Of a DNA stretch of 64,000 nt, positions 34,701 to 48,768 are shown in pieces; position 1 is the stretch's first letter, and each line of letters begins with the position of its first letter. The DNA lies in assembly GCA_000934665.2 (NCBI GenBank), contig KZ538069.1, forward strand, positions 62,001 through 126,000, written 5' to 3'. Origin of the DNA: Catajapyx aquilonaris. Taxonomy: Eukaryota. Made by a program: the position numbers and the translations under genes. The notes under the pieces are model-generated. The model was not told the DNA's origin. It saw nothing but the letters and a program-made list of their open reading frames with translations, and searched no databases.

Positions 34701-37700
34701 TCCTGCACGAGCTCCATTACCCTCACTAAAAACTTGGGGTCCCTGCAACATAAGAGGTAACACATTAAGGCTATGATCAATCAACAAATCCCATAAAACT
34801 TGATGTGATTAGTGGTGTGAAACAATAAAAAATGGAGGCAACAACGGTGAGAAAGAGTAGCACGTGTACCTTATCACTAACTTCATGCCATTCACCACCC
34901 TCAGTCTGTTCAACCTGCGATGGTTTTGCACAAAAGGGGAAAAAAAAGAAAAGAAAAATGTGATCAGTTAGGACCATGCAACACACACTCCAAAAAAAAG
35001 TTCCAATTGCGTGCTTAAAATGGTGATTCTACAAACCGCTTGCTTTGCGTTTAAGCATAAAATTTGAACGCATATTAGACTGTGACATTTACATCAAGTA
35101 CTTTCTCTCTTTTTCTAGAGTGCAGAAAACTGCACTAACAGCCTATGTTTGTATTACTGTATGAAGTCATATGACAGCTCAGACATACCTTCACAACAGG
35201 GCGTTGTACCTCCTGTGATCCCATGAAGGTGAAAGGAAAATGCACCAAAATGATTAGTCAGGAAAAAATATGCAACTGCATGGAGTAAGCCATCACCCAG
35301 GTTAAACCCGGTGCATACAAAAAAAAATTTAACAAAGAGAAACATATATGGCACTGCATTAAGAAGCCACACCTGCAGTATACTTTCACAATTGCATTTA
35401 CAGTAGTATGTAATGTACAGAACTTCACAGTTCTCTCAAAACATTTTTGAAAAGTCCACAAAATCAGTCCAGTTTCTAAAAGAGGCAATGCGCGTAAGAC
35501 AGGTGTCATTGCAGCCTGGTCATGCAATGGGAATGCATTACCAGGGGAAAATGAAACCTTTGGTAAATATGACTGTCCAGATAATGATGGCAATCAACAA
35601 ATATCTACTTTGAATAAGTTGCTCAAACTTCAATGCCTCCTCCATCAGGAAAGGTATCCAGAGACATTTATATTAAATTACACATACCGATGCATCTAAA
35701 TTGCCACAGCTTCTGCAAAGAACAGGGCCACTGCCTCAGTGATATTTTAGTCATGTCACATTACTGGTCTTTACTTCTTTTATGAATCCTTGATCTGAAC
35801 CACTTTGAACTCAAGCTATTGGCAACTGACATTCTCCTTGATTCAGCATTCAAATTATGTCGACCATGGTCTTGTAAATGCATGTTTAAAGTGACTACTG
35901 CATGATAGCCTTAATGCAAGGAAGGAAACACAAGTAGCCTCTCACTGTCAGTAATATGAAACAGACCTGGTGGAAAATTCACCAGGGAAAAAAAAAACTT
36001 TGGTGAAGCTTCCAAGGTTGCACTTTGAAGTTCTGAGTTTAAAAAGAAGAAAAAAAATCATAACGCAACAGAGAGAAGGTAAGGACAATTCCCTACATGG
36101 TTGTTTCTACAATACAAGAGTGCAATGTTGCAGCACATTCTAGTGTCACAAAAAGGAACCTGTCCGGGTGAGTGTCCATACCTTCCTCAGGTGACAGCAA
36201 TATCCAAAGAGAAGCATGGAGTTACGTATGAGTGCAGTTCCTCAGCAACTGCTCAGGCTAATCAGATTGCTAAAACAACTTCATAATTTTGCACCAACCC
36301 AATGAATGTCAGTGTTTCATACACAAAAGAACTTGTTTGAGCCAGAAGGTAACCATAATTAACTTCAGGAAAATTTGGCATGTGTCAAAATATGTGTGAA
36401 TTTATTTTAAACAGCGGAATCCATCTCTCTTCATTTCCATTTATTTACTTTCATGCCCCCTCCCCTCCCAACAATTCCCATTCAATTGCTGCACATTTTT
36501 GTGTCTTGAAACCTCACTTGCTGGTCATTTACTGAACTCATGCAATATACAGGGTGTTACTAGTAACTCTGGCAAAAATCTGTCGGTAGAGGCCCCATAG
36601 GCAAGTATTTTGAGCATAGGTACCCATGTCCAGAAATGCCCCCGTATGGGGGTATGGCCATTTCCACCTTTGGTCTGTTGCGCCTGGTGGGTAGGCAACC
36701 CATCGTACTCGAAGCTTGTGTTCATTAGGTGTTGCGTGTGTCACAATTGTTTTCACCTTTGTCTCCTCCACACGCAACACACCTGATGAATGCAAGCTTC
36801 AAGTACGATGGGTTGCCTACCCACCAGGCGCAACACACCAAAGGTGGAAACGGCCGTCCCCGTATGGGAGGATTTCCGGACATGGGTAGCTAAGCTCAAA
36901 ATACTTGTGTATGGGGCCTCTACCAACCCTGTGATTTTGCCAGTTACCAGTAACACCCTGTACTCCAGAGAACTTTCAATTAATCTCTTAAAGCCTGCCT
37001 TATGTCTTGGAAAAGGACTGCTTTAATTCAGAGCTTACAATAGCTCTGAAGTGCAACTCAAATTTCCAACATTTATGAATCACAACTCACCATGTCAGTT
37101 TCATACAAATCTGTGAGGGTTACTTCTGACCCCTCCCTTGTTAGTGTCACTAATAACCCAAGTAATGTTGTGACAAAGTAAATATATGTAAACATTATTT
37201 TGTTAATAGAGAAGGCACAAACACACACATGTATAACACAAACCAAACACCACTCATGACAACATGTAAACTTACCCTCTGAACACTATGAATGATTAGA
37301 GTAGTTCTGTTAGCATTCGGTGTGCCTAACTTGGACTGATCCAACTCCCTCAGGGCAACATCCTTCAAGATGTCCACATCTGAATGATCTGCAAATGAAG
37401 ATTCTTTTCTTCAACTTCATAGCTGCCAGGGGTCAGTAACAGAAAGCCTCACCGAACTCACCTCTTGGTTTTGTGAAAGTGGTTTTGGTTGTGGTGATAA
37501 TGGCCCCAGAAGGAGAGACAGTCTTTTGTGTTTCAGTTGCCTTTATGGAGTCAATTTTGGGAATCTCTGCCCCTTCCATGAATAGGAACTGCAATACAGG
37601 ATGGTGGTTGAAATTATTAACAGACTTCTTACATAAAATAAATAGTGCAGTTGATTCTACATCTAACAATAAACCTGTCAGGATACAATGACTAGGAGAG

Positions 37701-40700
37701 GTTGAGTGCACAGTGAAGACATTTTCATCCACAAAGAGAATGGTAATGAGCTTGATATCATTGAGTTTTTCCTCTCTCTTTCATGTGGATTTGAGGTATC
37801 TCTGACTTCATCTTGGATTGAATCTTTGTGTGACTAACATTGCACTTGCACCTATGCCACCCAGGCCAGACATCCTTCTCTTGCCCATGGACATGTATTT
37901 ATTGTGAAATAGCACCATCCAGTTATTGCTACTTCTGTTATTATTGCTACTATAATCTTTCAGCAAAAAGTAATTAGGTCTACTGGTGGCTTGTTTGTAG
38001 AGTACAAGTATTGCTTATTGTTTCTAAGGTTAGATGTCATTCTGACTATCAGCTGTGGCAAATCAAACTTAAAATGAAGTTCCTGTGAGTGCATACTTTT
38101 GTTGTTGTTGTTATTATTATTATTATTATTAATATTATTATTATTATTATTATTATTACGCATGCAGAGGCTTATCAAAAAATATGCTAAGAAGCATTTC
38201 ATAGGTGCCAGAAAATTCGTATAATTGCTTCTAGTTGTGGCTCCTATAAAGTGCAACTGAGGAATTTGTGCAGTAGTGATATGTCATTCTTCAAAATGTC
38301 TTGTGTTGGCCCAGTAATCATATTAATGCATGACATCCACATAAGCAGACACAAGGTCACACCAAAACTAGAGTAAACATTATATGAATGACAGACTCTA
38401 GCATGTGGAGCATATTTCCCCACATCTCGAATATTACACAAATGATTCCGTAACTTTTCCCTTTGGACCTACTGTCGATTGTATCATACTACTCTAGTTA
38501 TGACTTGTACTGTATAGGCATAATAAACCATATGCCTCTTTTCCACCTCTTTGAAGGCACAAATTTTTACACTTAAAGAATGATATATCACTAATCTTCT
38601 ACAAATGCCTAAATTGATCTACACCAAAATCCAAGATGCTGACCTCAACAGTAAGATTCCCAGAAATGTCATGCTCTTCATATGGTCGGGGCTGGAGGGA
38701 TATGACTTGCCTCTGGCTAGGTTTGGATACTAGCTCCTCTATGCTAACTATTCCCAAACCATGGAAGTTACTTGTCGTTGTACTTTTGTCATACACTTCA
38801 AAAAGCAGCTCAGCGGATGCGTTTCCAATGTCACTGCCAAATGAAAAATTTAACCAAAAACCAATGCCTTGCAATGGCTATGACAGCTTACTCAAGAAGA
38901 CACTCACAAAAGGAAATGTTCATCCCAGTAGGGGTTCTTGTTATTAATCTGCACTGAAGTCATGAACTTCTGTGAAGGCTCATCCATCTCGACTACACAA
39001 TACGGATCCCGCAATTCTACAAGAAGGTGAAAAATGCATGAACATACAAAAATAATGGAATGCAATGGTGGTTGTTTACCTTTGTAAGCTCCAAGATTGA
39101 CAGCCTTAATAATTTTCACCATGAGGCGCTTAGTGGTAGTTGACATTGGCATTGGACGACCAACTGGTGTGGAAGTGACCTAATACAAAGAAGCTTACAC
39201 TGTTAAAAAGCACAATTAAACTTTTAAAGTGTGCTAACCAAGCGATCAAACTGGGGTGAAAATCCACCATTGCCTCCAAACTTTCCACGCTCAAACAGAG
39301 GGAAGTCAGGATACATCCCAAAGTTCATGCTAAGGACTCCAATACGTATTGCTGCTGTAATAACTTCACTTATCCTCTCCTGAATGTCCTTCTCATTGGG
39401 TGCATCTGCTGTTTCCAGAGGCTCTAAAGACAGCTGGATCTATATTTAAAAATTTAAAATAACTATGAGGTCCCACTAATATGAACATCACTAAAATATT
39501 AGAAGTAGGCCTATTCAACTCACCTCTGGCCATCCAGCGCACTTCACTGCACATATCAATTTCGATGTTATGCAGGCAATGTTCAGTCTCCCTCTCAACT
39601 TTTCAATATTCACCTTGTAGTTAACAATTTCAATTGCTTCTCCTCGAAGCCTCTCAGTTTTGGCCAGGGCACTAAAGGAGGTCTCACAGTCACAGGTAAC
39701 AGTCTGCAAAACACATTCTATGACTACTTACAAGAAGTTCAAAAAAGTTTGATACATTAGTTTCAACCCTCAAAAACTTTGAAGTAGAGCCTTGATTTAT
39801 AAATCTGGACTTCCATATTATCTGAAAACCACGTTTTTATTACTGCTGCTCTGTTCTGCTATGCACACAGTAAGGTTGTGTATTGTTCCTTCACTCCTGC
39901 ACATGTTTTTCCTGTCAGTGATCTCAGACAAGCACTGGCATGGGCATAGCTACTCTACAAATTAATAAACCTGATTATAAAAAATTGTGTTGCCAAATAT
40001 ATTTTAAAAATATTAATACGAAGAGTCAAATGGACAATGTTTAAGCTATAAATTAGCATTGAAACTATATTAATTTTGTTACACAGGAACACATGGGGAG
40101 GGGGGAGTGGATACTAAATGTTCCCCTTTTTGCTCTACATTTCCCTGTTTGCCAGTACGATCTACCAATGAAGGTAAGGAAGCTTCAGGATGCCCATTTT
40201 GCTTCATCCGTCAAGATTTTTGGGAAAATAATCCTCATAATGTGAAAGAGAACAATGCATGCTAGGATTGCAAAAGAGGGCTGGGAAACAGAAATATAGG
40301 CTCCTAGTCTTCTCCATCTGGGTAGCCTTGGGTAACTGGCCCAAGTGATCAGGCAAGGGCTACGGCTTATCCACATTTCAAAATTGCATTTTTTAAAGTA
40401 TCAAATGGTCAAAGGAAGCATGTGGAATGTGAAAGGATTTTACATTTTCAGTTCTAGAGCAATGGTCAGTGACACCCAATTGTTAGAGCTGCTTATTATT
40501 CACTAAGGCCCAGATGGATGATAACAGTAAATCCAACAAAAGTGGTTGAAACTTGTTATTCAGTGTTTCAAGCATAGTTATCAACAGTACATTAGAAGGA
40601 TCAAGCACTTCTGAATATATTATCAATCATGCAAGCCACATGAGTTTTATGAACAAGCATTACTACTGTCTGTATGAAAACAACAGCTAACTTCATCGAT

Positions 40701-43700
40701 GTGCTATCACTGGGTATTCCAATGGATAGTTTCATCAATTTCAGTACATGGCAGTTTTAGTTAACAATATGCAACTAAAAAAATTGAAAGCCACCTACCA
40801 TTCTCTAAAAATTTAAATAACAATTTGCTACATGACCAAATCTTTTTCTTCGAATTTAGAAAAAGCTTCAAATTCACACAAATTCGAGGCAGAGACCCCG
40901 ATATCTCAGTTCCATATCCCTCTTTTCAATTCTACCTCTCCCTTTTCTCAATCACACTATTAGGACTGTTATTAATTACATTTAATTAATTAACTACAAT
41001 GAACCAAACAATAACAAGAAAAAACCTTGGGTTAAGGCTAAACTCTCAGTGGTGCAAGTAATTTTGTGCTCAATTTTTGTGCTTTTCATCATATTTGTTT
41101 TTGTGCTTGAAAATTATGCCGGTGGAAACAGGGCTTAAGTGTAAGTATTCCTATAGAAGTGCTTGAGAAGCCATTACCAAATGGGCCTGAGAGGACTTAA
41201 ACCTGTTCTATTGCAAGTCTAAAGTTTTGAATTAAAGGCCAACTTACAACATTGTCGTTTTGATCACACTCTGCAAAAAGATTTTTAAGCATTGGAGGCT
41301 TTTCTCCAGGGTCGATTTGAAGGATGTCAACCACGATTCCAGTCTGAAAAGAAGGATAAATTTATTTCAATGTAACCCTGAACTTGTGCCACAAAAAACC
41401 GCATGCATGCGCCCACACACACAGAAATCCAGGGATTGCAGGAAAAGTGCATCCACGACAGCGGCTGGCATGGCCTACATCCAAATTATTTACTTCCTAA
41501 GAAAACATTTCGAGAGGGTTCAGGGCAGTGGTCGGGCAGCCTCTTACTTCTCACTTCCTGGCCTCCGTCCAAGGAGCTCACTTTTGGGTCAACACACATC
41601 TTTTCCCATCGCACCATTCACAATTCATGTCTGCAAATTGCATTCTCAACTGATTTACTTAAGATAATTCCATACGTTAAATGTTGTTATTATATAGAGA
41701 AAGGTTTTTATTTTCGAGAAAAAATGGGCACACTTGGACACATACCCAGGAAGTGTAGGCTTCTCTTCCTATTACATCACTACTTGAAGGTTGTTTGCAA
41801 AAGAACAGGTAGGCCATTTGTAAGAGTTCTTTTTTCTCCCATTTACACCAGTCATACCTACATGCCATTTTTTTACTACTGGCAATAATAATAATAAAAG
41901 CAGTACATAGCTAACTTTTTTATCTCGAAAAATCTTGCCAAAATGGCCTTGAATTTTTACATATGTACCATTATTGTTACCTAATTGCAGCCAACCACAG
42001 TAACTATGTCTATTATTTTCATGGTAGGCTAATTCACAGGTAGCATGCTGCATCAGGCAAATACCATTCTTTGCATATCATTCCTGTACTTGAAGCGAGA
42101 AAGACTGGTATGGTATATGGTAATAGAAAATTTCCAAATGTCACACATTAGTTGAAAACAAAAGCATCTCGTAACTTTCGCGGATCTCACTGCATCATCA
42201 TTATTAGCAAAGAACAATAACTATTGTGCATTTGGCAAATAGATGTCTCTTGCAAATATTCCCGACACCTCTCTCTCCCCCTCCCCCCCCCCCACCCCCT
42301 GGATATTGTGTAACAGAATCAAGGTTACTCCCTCTAGTCTGGGATAACGGACTTCCTTTCCCATTGCAGTACATACACATGCTATTTTGAGGTCTGGATG
42401 GTTCAAAAGTTATCAGAGCATTTCTTATCTCAGTTATAAAATGGGCCTTATGCTAACATGACAGTTAAGTATTCCAAGGTAACCAACTCCGCATCATTAC
42501 TGAGCAAGTAATTCCCCTCATACGTCCAGGGGATTTTTTTTTTTTTACGAAAAGAGAAATGCATTCCTTTGTAAGCAGGACACACGTTCCTCAAGGAACA
42601 AAAAAGATCAGCCATTTGGGACGCACACTATCTGCAATGCAGTAAGTTTGCACTATATGATTCCACAATATAACGATTTTCTCATCGTAGTTGTAACTCC
42701 CCAATTACATGTGCAAATTTCCAATGAGGTCATAACGTACTGGTTACACCACTCCCCAGATTTCGGAAGTCCCTCTTCTTTTCACGTCTATGCGGCAAAA
42801 GCTCCTGTCTTATTGACTCGCTCCACCTGTTTCTCACATCAAGCCAGTCAACCCACTCCAATCAATAGCACTTCTTAGGCGCAAAACAAAACGCAAATTT
42901 TGACCGGTTCCAAAGCTACTCGGCAATGAAATTGCCGGCAATTAACGTCTCCCATCCCAGTTCCCACCGACCGCATTTTTTTGACCAACGTCCGGACAAA
43001 CCACCATAGCGTGCGCATGGGAAAATTTCGCAATCAAGAAACACATTCGGGAAAAAATAGGCACCCTTGATTGATGATAGCAAATCACACCATGTTGCGA
43101 CGTCTTTCGCGTGCGGTTTCATAAAAGTTTATTCGCTCCTAACGATTTTCCGCGCTTTTTTTTCTCTCTCTGTGTGTCGCTCCTCCGGTTCCCTCTGACA
43201 CCATCAGCCATGTCCTTTCTCCTGCATAATTCCCTCGAGGAATCCAGCTACATATTACTGCTTTCGGCCCATGGAATCCCCGAGAGAAGACAGTACCAAA
43301 TCGAGTCCTAGCGTAACCTTGGCACACTTTTGGCGGACACAAGCCTAACAGAAAATGCGGATAGACAAAGAAGTCAATCTGGTGCCAGAAATCCCCCCTT
43401 CTACTTTTACTTTCCCCAGACTTTCATATCGAGCCGATTACATTTGCCAAATGATATCATCGACACTCTTGATTTGGTGACGTAACAGTCTGCCAGCTAT
43501 ACCCAGCACCAGACCTGTTTTCCATGCAATACCGTTACGTGGCAATTAAGTGTCAAAAGAAGCCACACTTTTTTGGCGCTTCCGGAAATAAGGGTGCCCA
43601 TGTTATTCTTGGTTGGAAAACCTACAGCACACACACCAACTCTCAAAGAACCTGGCTATACTTAGCCGCATGTTAAGGTTCTAGAAATAAAATGGGATTA

Positions 43701-46700
43701 TTTTTAAGTGCTGTTCCCATGTAATTTTTTTAGTCGCTGCGTGAAACCACAGCCTGCAATGATTGTCATCAACATGCCTGGTACCCAGAATTATTCAGTC
43801 GTAACACGAGTGATGTCAGCGATTACACCTTTGCTTCCCACAAAACGTGCTCGCCCTAACCTTTAACAAAATGACATCACAATTTTTTACAACCCGGCAC
43901 AATCACTGCCCTTCAAAGGAGCCGGCCGCATCATTCTACCCCCATTATACAGCAGTGGCTAGAAAAGTGGTCTTCTCAAGCCCCCGACAAGCTGAAGAGC
44001 TTGCAGTGCACAAAATGACGGAAGTTTTCCCCTCTCTGGTTTTCTCTCCAGAAGCATGCAGGGGGCCAATATGTGGGAGGGTTTGAATGCAGGGAACGGG
44101 GGGAGAAGACACAGCAGGCACAACCTATTTTCACCGGAGGCCTGGGAACATTCGTGCTGCTATCCAAGGCTGAAGAGACGGGGGCCCGTGATGCCATCCC
44201 ACCAGATATGTACTACTCGGGCTAGCCCAAACGCATGTTGTGATTATCAACAGTACTCCGCCAGCGTCCAGGAAGGATGGGGCTTCTTTTATTATTGCAC
44301 AAACTACCCCTTACGTGACCCAACGCTAGGTAATTAGGGAGTACCTTTTTCCCTTCCGTAATCTCTCCCCCACCCACCCACCATAGGATCTCTGCAAGGT
44401 GCATATGGCAAAAAAACCTGTGGCCACACTTGCTGCTCATGACTCAACACAACTCGGAATGGAACTAATGTGGCTATCACAACAGATGTAAAATGGTGGT
44501 TCCACTTGCAGAATATTAACAAGATAGAGTTTATCAGTTCATCCAGGATGAGGGTAACTGATATCCTTGCCAGGCAGGAGGTCTAGCGCATGAAGTACTA
44601 CTTGTACAATGCTCCTTAGCGTATCAAACATGCCTTGCCACACTGATGAACGTGCAATTTGATGGCTTGCCAATGCAGAACCAGCCTGCAATTACACTGC
44701 CTGGTTTGACAGGCCACTGCCACTACCCTGTTGAATGTTATGAATTGATTTGGCCTGTAAGTGGTTCAAATGACGCAATGCCATAACTCCAATAACACTT
44801 TATTCGGGAGTGGTAGCCTTCAAGGCTGCATTGGATAAGCCTCTCAAGTAGTGCACATTAATCTTCACACTCAATAGGTACTCTGCATTTCTTTTGACAT
44901 TGTCAGGACAATTCAAATACCTTGTTTCGCACATTTGCAAAGGAAAGTACTAATAAAACAAGTAGCCACCTCGAGTCCTGTAACTGCTGATATTTTTGTA
45001 GGTTACAGGGGATTTTAAATATTCCCCTAATTTTTTTTTGCATGTCCTTGCTGAAGGGGTAGAAAAACTTGCCATTCAGGCAGAAGTTACCTAACCCTTC
45101 AGGAAGTGAAGTGACGTAAAACATGCAATTTACTTGCACACATGCATTCGCACATGAGGGGGAGGAGGGAGCAGATTTTGTGCTTGGGAGGGATCTTGGG
45201 TGTGGCTACCATATTATGTTAGGAACGCAATCCAGAAGCTCAGGTTCTTGTTTTATAAGGGCACACGCAAACTTTCATTCCTTCCTGAGGTGACCCCACC
45301 AACCCTCAACTCCCCTTCTCCTGGGGCCATTTGTCCCTCATGGAACTTTTTGGAACATCAATATCCTAACATGAGACAGGTCGTGGGCCCTAAGGGTAAA
45401 AACGAAAGTAGGTGGGCTGAGTCATTGACATTCATTGATTTACCTGTGGGTTGCGTCTCTCAGTGCTATACCTTGCAGCCATTTTACATCCAAATTGCAT
45501 TCATTAATTGCTGTTTTTATGATGTCATGCTTTCATACTTCCTTATCAGCACCGGATGTTAAATATGTACACAGAGAAGGGCCCTAAGCACATAATTACA
45601 TCGGAAGCTTTACAGGCGCACACAATTAATTATAGTAACCAGAACTTGAAGGCTCAAATTACATTAGAATCAGATTGCAGCATGGCACACGTTATTGGTT
45701 ATACTGATCATCCATGATTTCTACTGGGTATCAACTAACTTATTTAATTGCCTTCAAGCATTAAACAATCACTAAACCAAATCCTGTTCTTGTACAACAA
45801 TTGATAAGAGTGTAGACATTATCATGGGCTGTAGAATTCCAGCGACCAATATATTAACCACATCTGCATTTAATAAATTTTAATGCTGATTGCACAAGAG
45901 ATATGATGCCTTAGGCACTTGTCCAACTTCTTGACTCAAACTCAACCCAAGACTCAACCACTGCATCATTTTTTTAAACATGTATACTTTCAGTCTGGAG
46001 ACTGCTAAAACCAAATTGGCCCCCGAGTTCTACAGCCAAATCCATTAAATAAAGTAATCATTAATGACTACATGAATGTTTCACATTCTCCTTAGAATCC
46101 ATATGGAATCATCTTACTTTATGGGTATTATTTTCCTCTTGAAAAGCTGACTAATTTGAGGTGTGAAACAATTTATATTATTCCCAGCATTGCATGGAAG
46201 CCTCGAGCCAGATTTATGAAAAAAAAAACACAAGCACTTAGCTTATACAAGACTGAAGCATTTCCATTTTACTATGTAACAGTACCATCACACTGCAGAA
46301 AACAACACGTTAATTTCAATGCCCATCTCTGACTGTTCTTACTTATACCACTTGGATACCTTATGCGCTCTCACATACTAACTAAGCAAACTGAAGTCAG
46401 CATTGTATTCACGTCTCATCAAGTGCAATAAATCTTCATTTAAACAGTTCTCCAATGTCACATCCCAAATGGTATTATCAGGCTAAATTATAACGCTGGA
46501 ATTTCAAAAAATGGTCATGGCAACATTCTCTGAAGCATCGCGATAATAGTATATTATTGTTGACTTCTTCAACATACAACTGAACTCAGTAGGGAAGACG
46601 GAATGGCGCTGCAGTTACGTTCTCGCCCAGGACATCCCTTTCTGCTTTGCGTGGCATTCAGGGTATCTCTGGCTTAGTCTTGGGTGGGATTCGTTAGACT

Positions 46701-47642
46701 AACCACACTGGGGAAGACGCCAAAATGACCCATGTCATAGTTGGACACCAGCACCTCCCTTCCCACCCATTAGCTTTGCCCATGGGCATGGGCACTCCTA
46801 CTACAAAGACTCCAAATTGTATTCAATAATAAAGGTTCATTCTGAATACCCTGGTAGGGGACAAGCACGACCTGCATTATTATTATCTGACTGTACTTGG
46901 CTATGCAGTTAATCTATTCTAGGTAACGCAAATGTATTTTCCTACTTGGCTGCATGCAACCCGCCACATGGATCTTTTTGAGATTGGCTTCCTGATACAC
47001 ACTACTACACCAATGTAAGAATAAATTCACATGTCACTTTACCTCTTCAGCTGTCTTCCTGGTGTAGTCATTGAGAGTAAGTGCCCATGCGTCCATCATG
47101 TCTCTGACTCCCTGCGGCTGAGTGTATACCCAGGCAAAGGCTTGGTTTACCCACCCTACACACTCCCTGTCCGGCCCCGTGGCCAAGGGCGATCCACACA
47201 CCCCAGGGACAATTGCCCTACCAACGGGCGTCCCTGGAGCACTGCCCGTCTTCTTGCTCCTGGCTGGCGGCTGCGGCCTCTTAACATCAGCAAGATCTAA
47301 CGAGGCAGCTACGCTAGCGCTTTGAACAGGGGTGACCACCTTCTTCACCGCAGGTTTAGAATTGGGAGTCTCTACTGGTGGAACCTCTGCCTTGACCGCT
47401 TCCTCGTCCTCCTTCTTCTCACTATCTTTCTTCTTCTTCTTGGCTACAGGTGCAGCGGCCTCAACTTTGGCTGCCTCCCGTCCACGCTGTATCCTGGCAT
47501 AGACATAATTCCCCAAGCCAAAAACCAGCAGGCCGAAGACCAGCCATCCAAAGAGCAGCATGGCAATGGTGTCCATGGTTGTGGTCTGTCCGTGATCGAA
47601 GCTGCAGATCAGGTCATCGATGCGGTCGGCCAGGTCCTCCAT
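31758..47642 (-). CDS. C2CD2/TMEM24(C2CD2L)-like ER-membrane lipid-transfer protein (N-terminal TM, SMP-like, C2, polybasic region, C-terminal C1 zinc finger), ~828 aa; Drosophila CG10737-like
   Basis: Exons 47642-47043, 41343-41248, 39703-39524, 39439-39239, 39179-39080, 39016-38908, 38833-38644, 37588-37462, 37388-37276, 35212-35189, 34914-34870, 34742-34646, 33829-33641, 32854-32704, 32598-32491 and 31914-31758. All junctions are GT-AG with matching phases, total 2487 nt. TM AMLLFGWLVFGLLVFGLGNYVY; C2 motifs RLMVKIIKA, DPYCVVEM, NPYWDEHF, ELLFEVYD; C1 pattern HX12CX2CX14CX2CX4HX2CX7C. Confidence 0.88.
33284..33360. repeat. Intronic hairpin / mini-MITE
   Basis: attttagttcaaattgcggaggccgagggcag ... 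ctgccctctgccttggcaatatgaactaaaat form near-perfect inverted arms. Confidence 0.75.
36550..36960. mobile_element. TA-flanked foldback MITE with CAGGGTGT termini (Tc1/mariner-like), copy 1
   Basis: ta|cagggtgttactagtaact...agttaccagtaacaccctg|ta, with long inverted arms over 100 bp. Same family as 53455-53858. Confidence 0.88.
38099..38158. repeat. (TTG)n(TTA)n microsatellite
   Basis: Directly visible compound trinucleotide repeat. Confidence 0.9.
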
Positions 47643-48060
47643 CCTGACCCATGTCTGTCGCAGCACAGACCAAATTAGACTCGAGGGTGAAGAGGAGTGG
47701 GGCTGTAGAGAGGGAGAGGGAGGAGCAGAAGTGGTAGTAGGTTCGGGAGGCAGTAGCGCCGCCGGGTCGACCATACGTAGAGCCAGTGGGCGGGGTGGGC
47801 CGGTGCTGCGGGTGCGGGGGCGATGGAAGGCTCGAGGGGAGGTCGGGAGGGAGGGAGAAACCACTGCAAAAATAGACGTCAGGCGCGGCGCCACCGCACA
47901 CCCTACCCCTCCCTCCGACCCAGTGTAGGCAGGGGGGGCGGAATGGAGGAGGGCCCATCCACCGATCGGGGAGAAGCACTTCCAGTGATTGCTGTCGTTC
48001 CGCGGTCACCTGCTATGCGCACTCGCAGGCGCACCCTGCAGCGCTACATTCAAACCTCAT
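47643..48060 (-). promoter_or_regulatory. GC/CpG-rich 5'UTR and promoter of the C2CD2-like gene
   Basis: High GC and CpG density around and upstream of the ATG at 47642, dropping abruptly after ~48060. Confidence 0.55.
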
Positions 48061-48123
48061 CATGGCCCTCCCACACATGCCATATCTGTATTGCCTAAGC
48101 TCATCATAGAAAAAAACTTGCAT

Positions 48124-48245
48124 GTACAATAGTCTTAAAATAGTGCTGATGTCACAATGAGCAGCACTGACTGTCATAATACCAACAATGTAACAATTAC
48201 TGGTATATAGTCTTGTGACGTCAGTGCTATTCTAAGAACTGTGTT
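48124..48245. repeat. Imperfect hairpin / degenerate MITE
   Basis: tcttaaaatagtgctgatgtcacaa ... ttgtgacgtcagtgctattctaaga form inverted arms. Confidence 0.55.
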
Positions 48246-48657
48246 CAAGTCATTGTTTACCTGAGCAAATTGCATAGCAGGGGGATGATTAGCTTTATGG
48301 TTATAGCAGGCTCATTTGTTAGTTGCCTTGGACTACTAAATAGTTTGGAGAAAACACTGCTGTGGTAAGCCAGGGTCACACTGGGTAAGAAATGGTAGTG
48401 TTAAATTCCAACTCTGATTATCCAGTACACACGAGTTCAATGAACATTCAGGAATATCCAGCCAATGCCCTCAATGTGCAGAAATCAATACAAACATTTA
48501 GTAAACACCAAACTAATGTTCATCATTGGATATCATTTTGAACTGTTTGTGTCCATTTGTCAACACCCTTTAGCTGTCAAGTCAATGTGTAGCAATGGAC
48601 CTACAGTAGTACATAACACTAGGTAACAAGATACAGTAAATGCTTATTCATACATGG

Positions 48658-48768
48658 ATGTACTATATCGCTCAAAAAGATAGAGACGATTTGGCATTTG
48701 ATTCAAGTGCAAGTTGCACTTGAGTCAAATGCAAAATCGTCTCTATCTTTTTGGGCGATACAGTACAT
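48658..48768. repeat. Near-perfect ~110-bp palindrome (hairpin MITE)
   Basis: atgtactatatcgctcaaaaagatagagacgatttggcatttgattcaagtgc ... gcacttgagtcaaatgcaaaatcgtctctatctttttgggcgatacagtacat. Confidence 0.85.

Noticed and set aside
37091..37143. Extra exon ending ATG|gtgagt in the C2CD2-like gene
   Set aside because: The donor is strong, but no acceptor gives a stop-free phase-0 entry. An alternative first exon cannot be supported without transcripts.
47643..47894. N-terminal extension of the C2CD2-like ORF
   Set aside because: The ORF-track start is a non-ATG codon and the extension is low-complexity GC-rich UTR. MEDLADRIDDLICSF before the TM is the more plausible start, though an upstream in-frame ATG near 47774 cannot be excluded.
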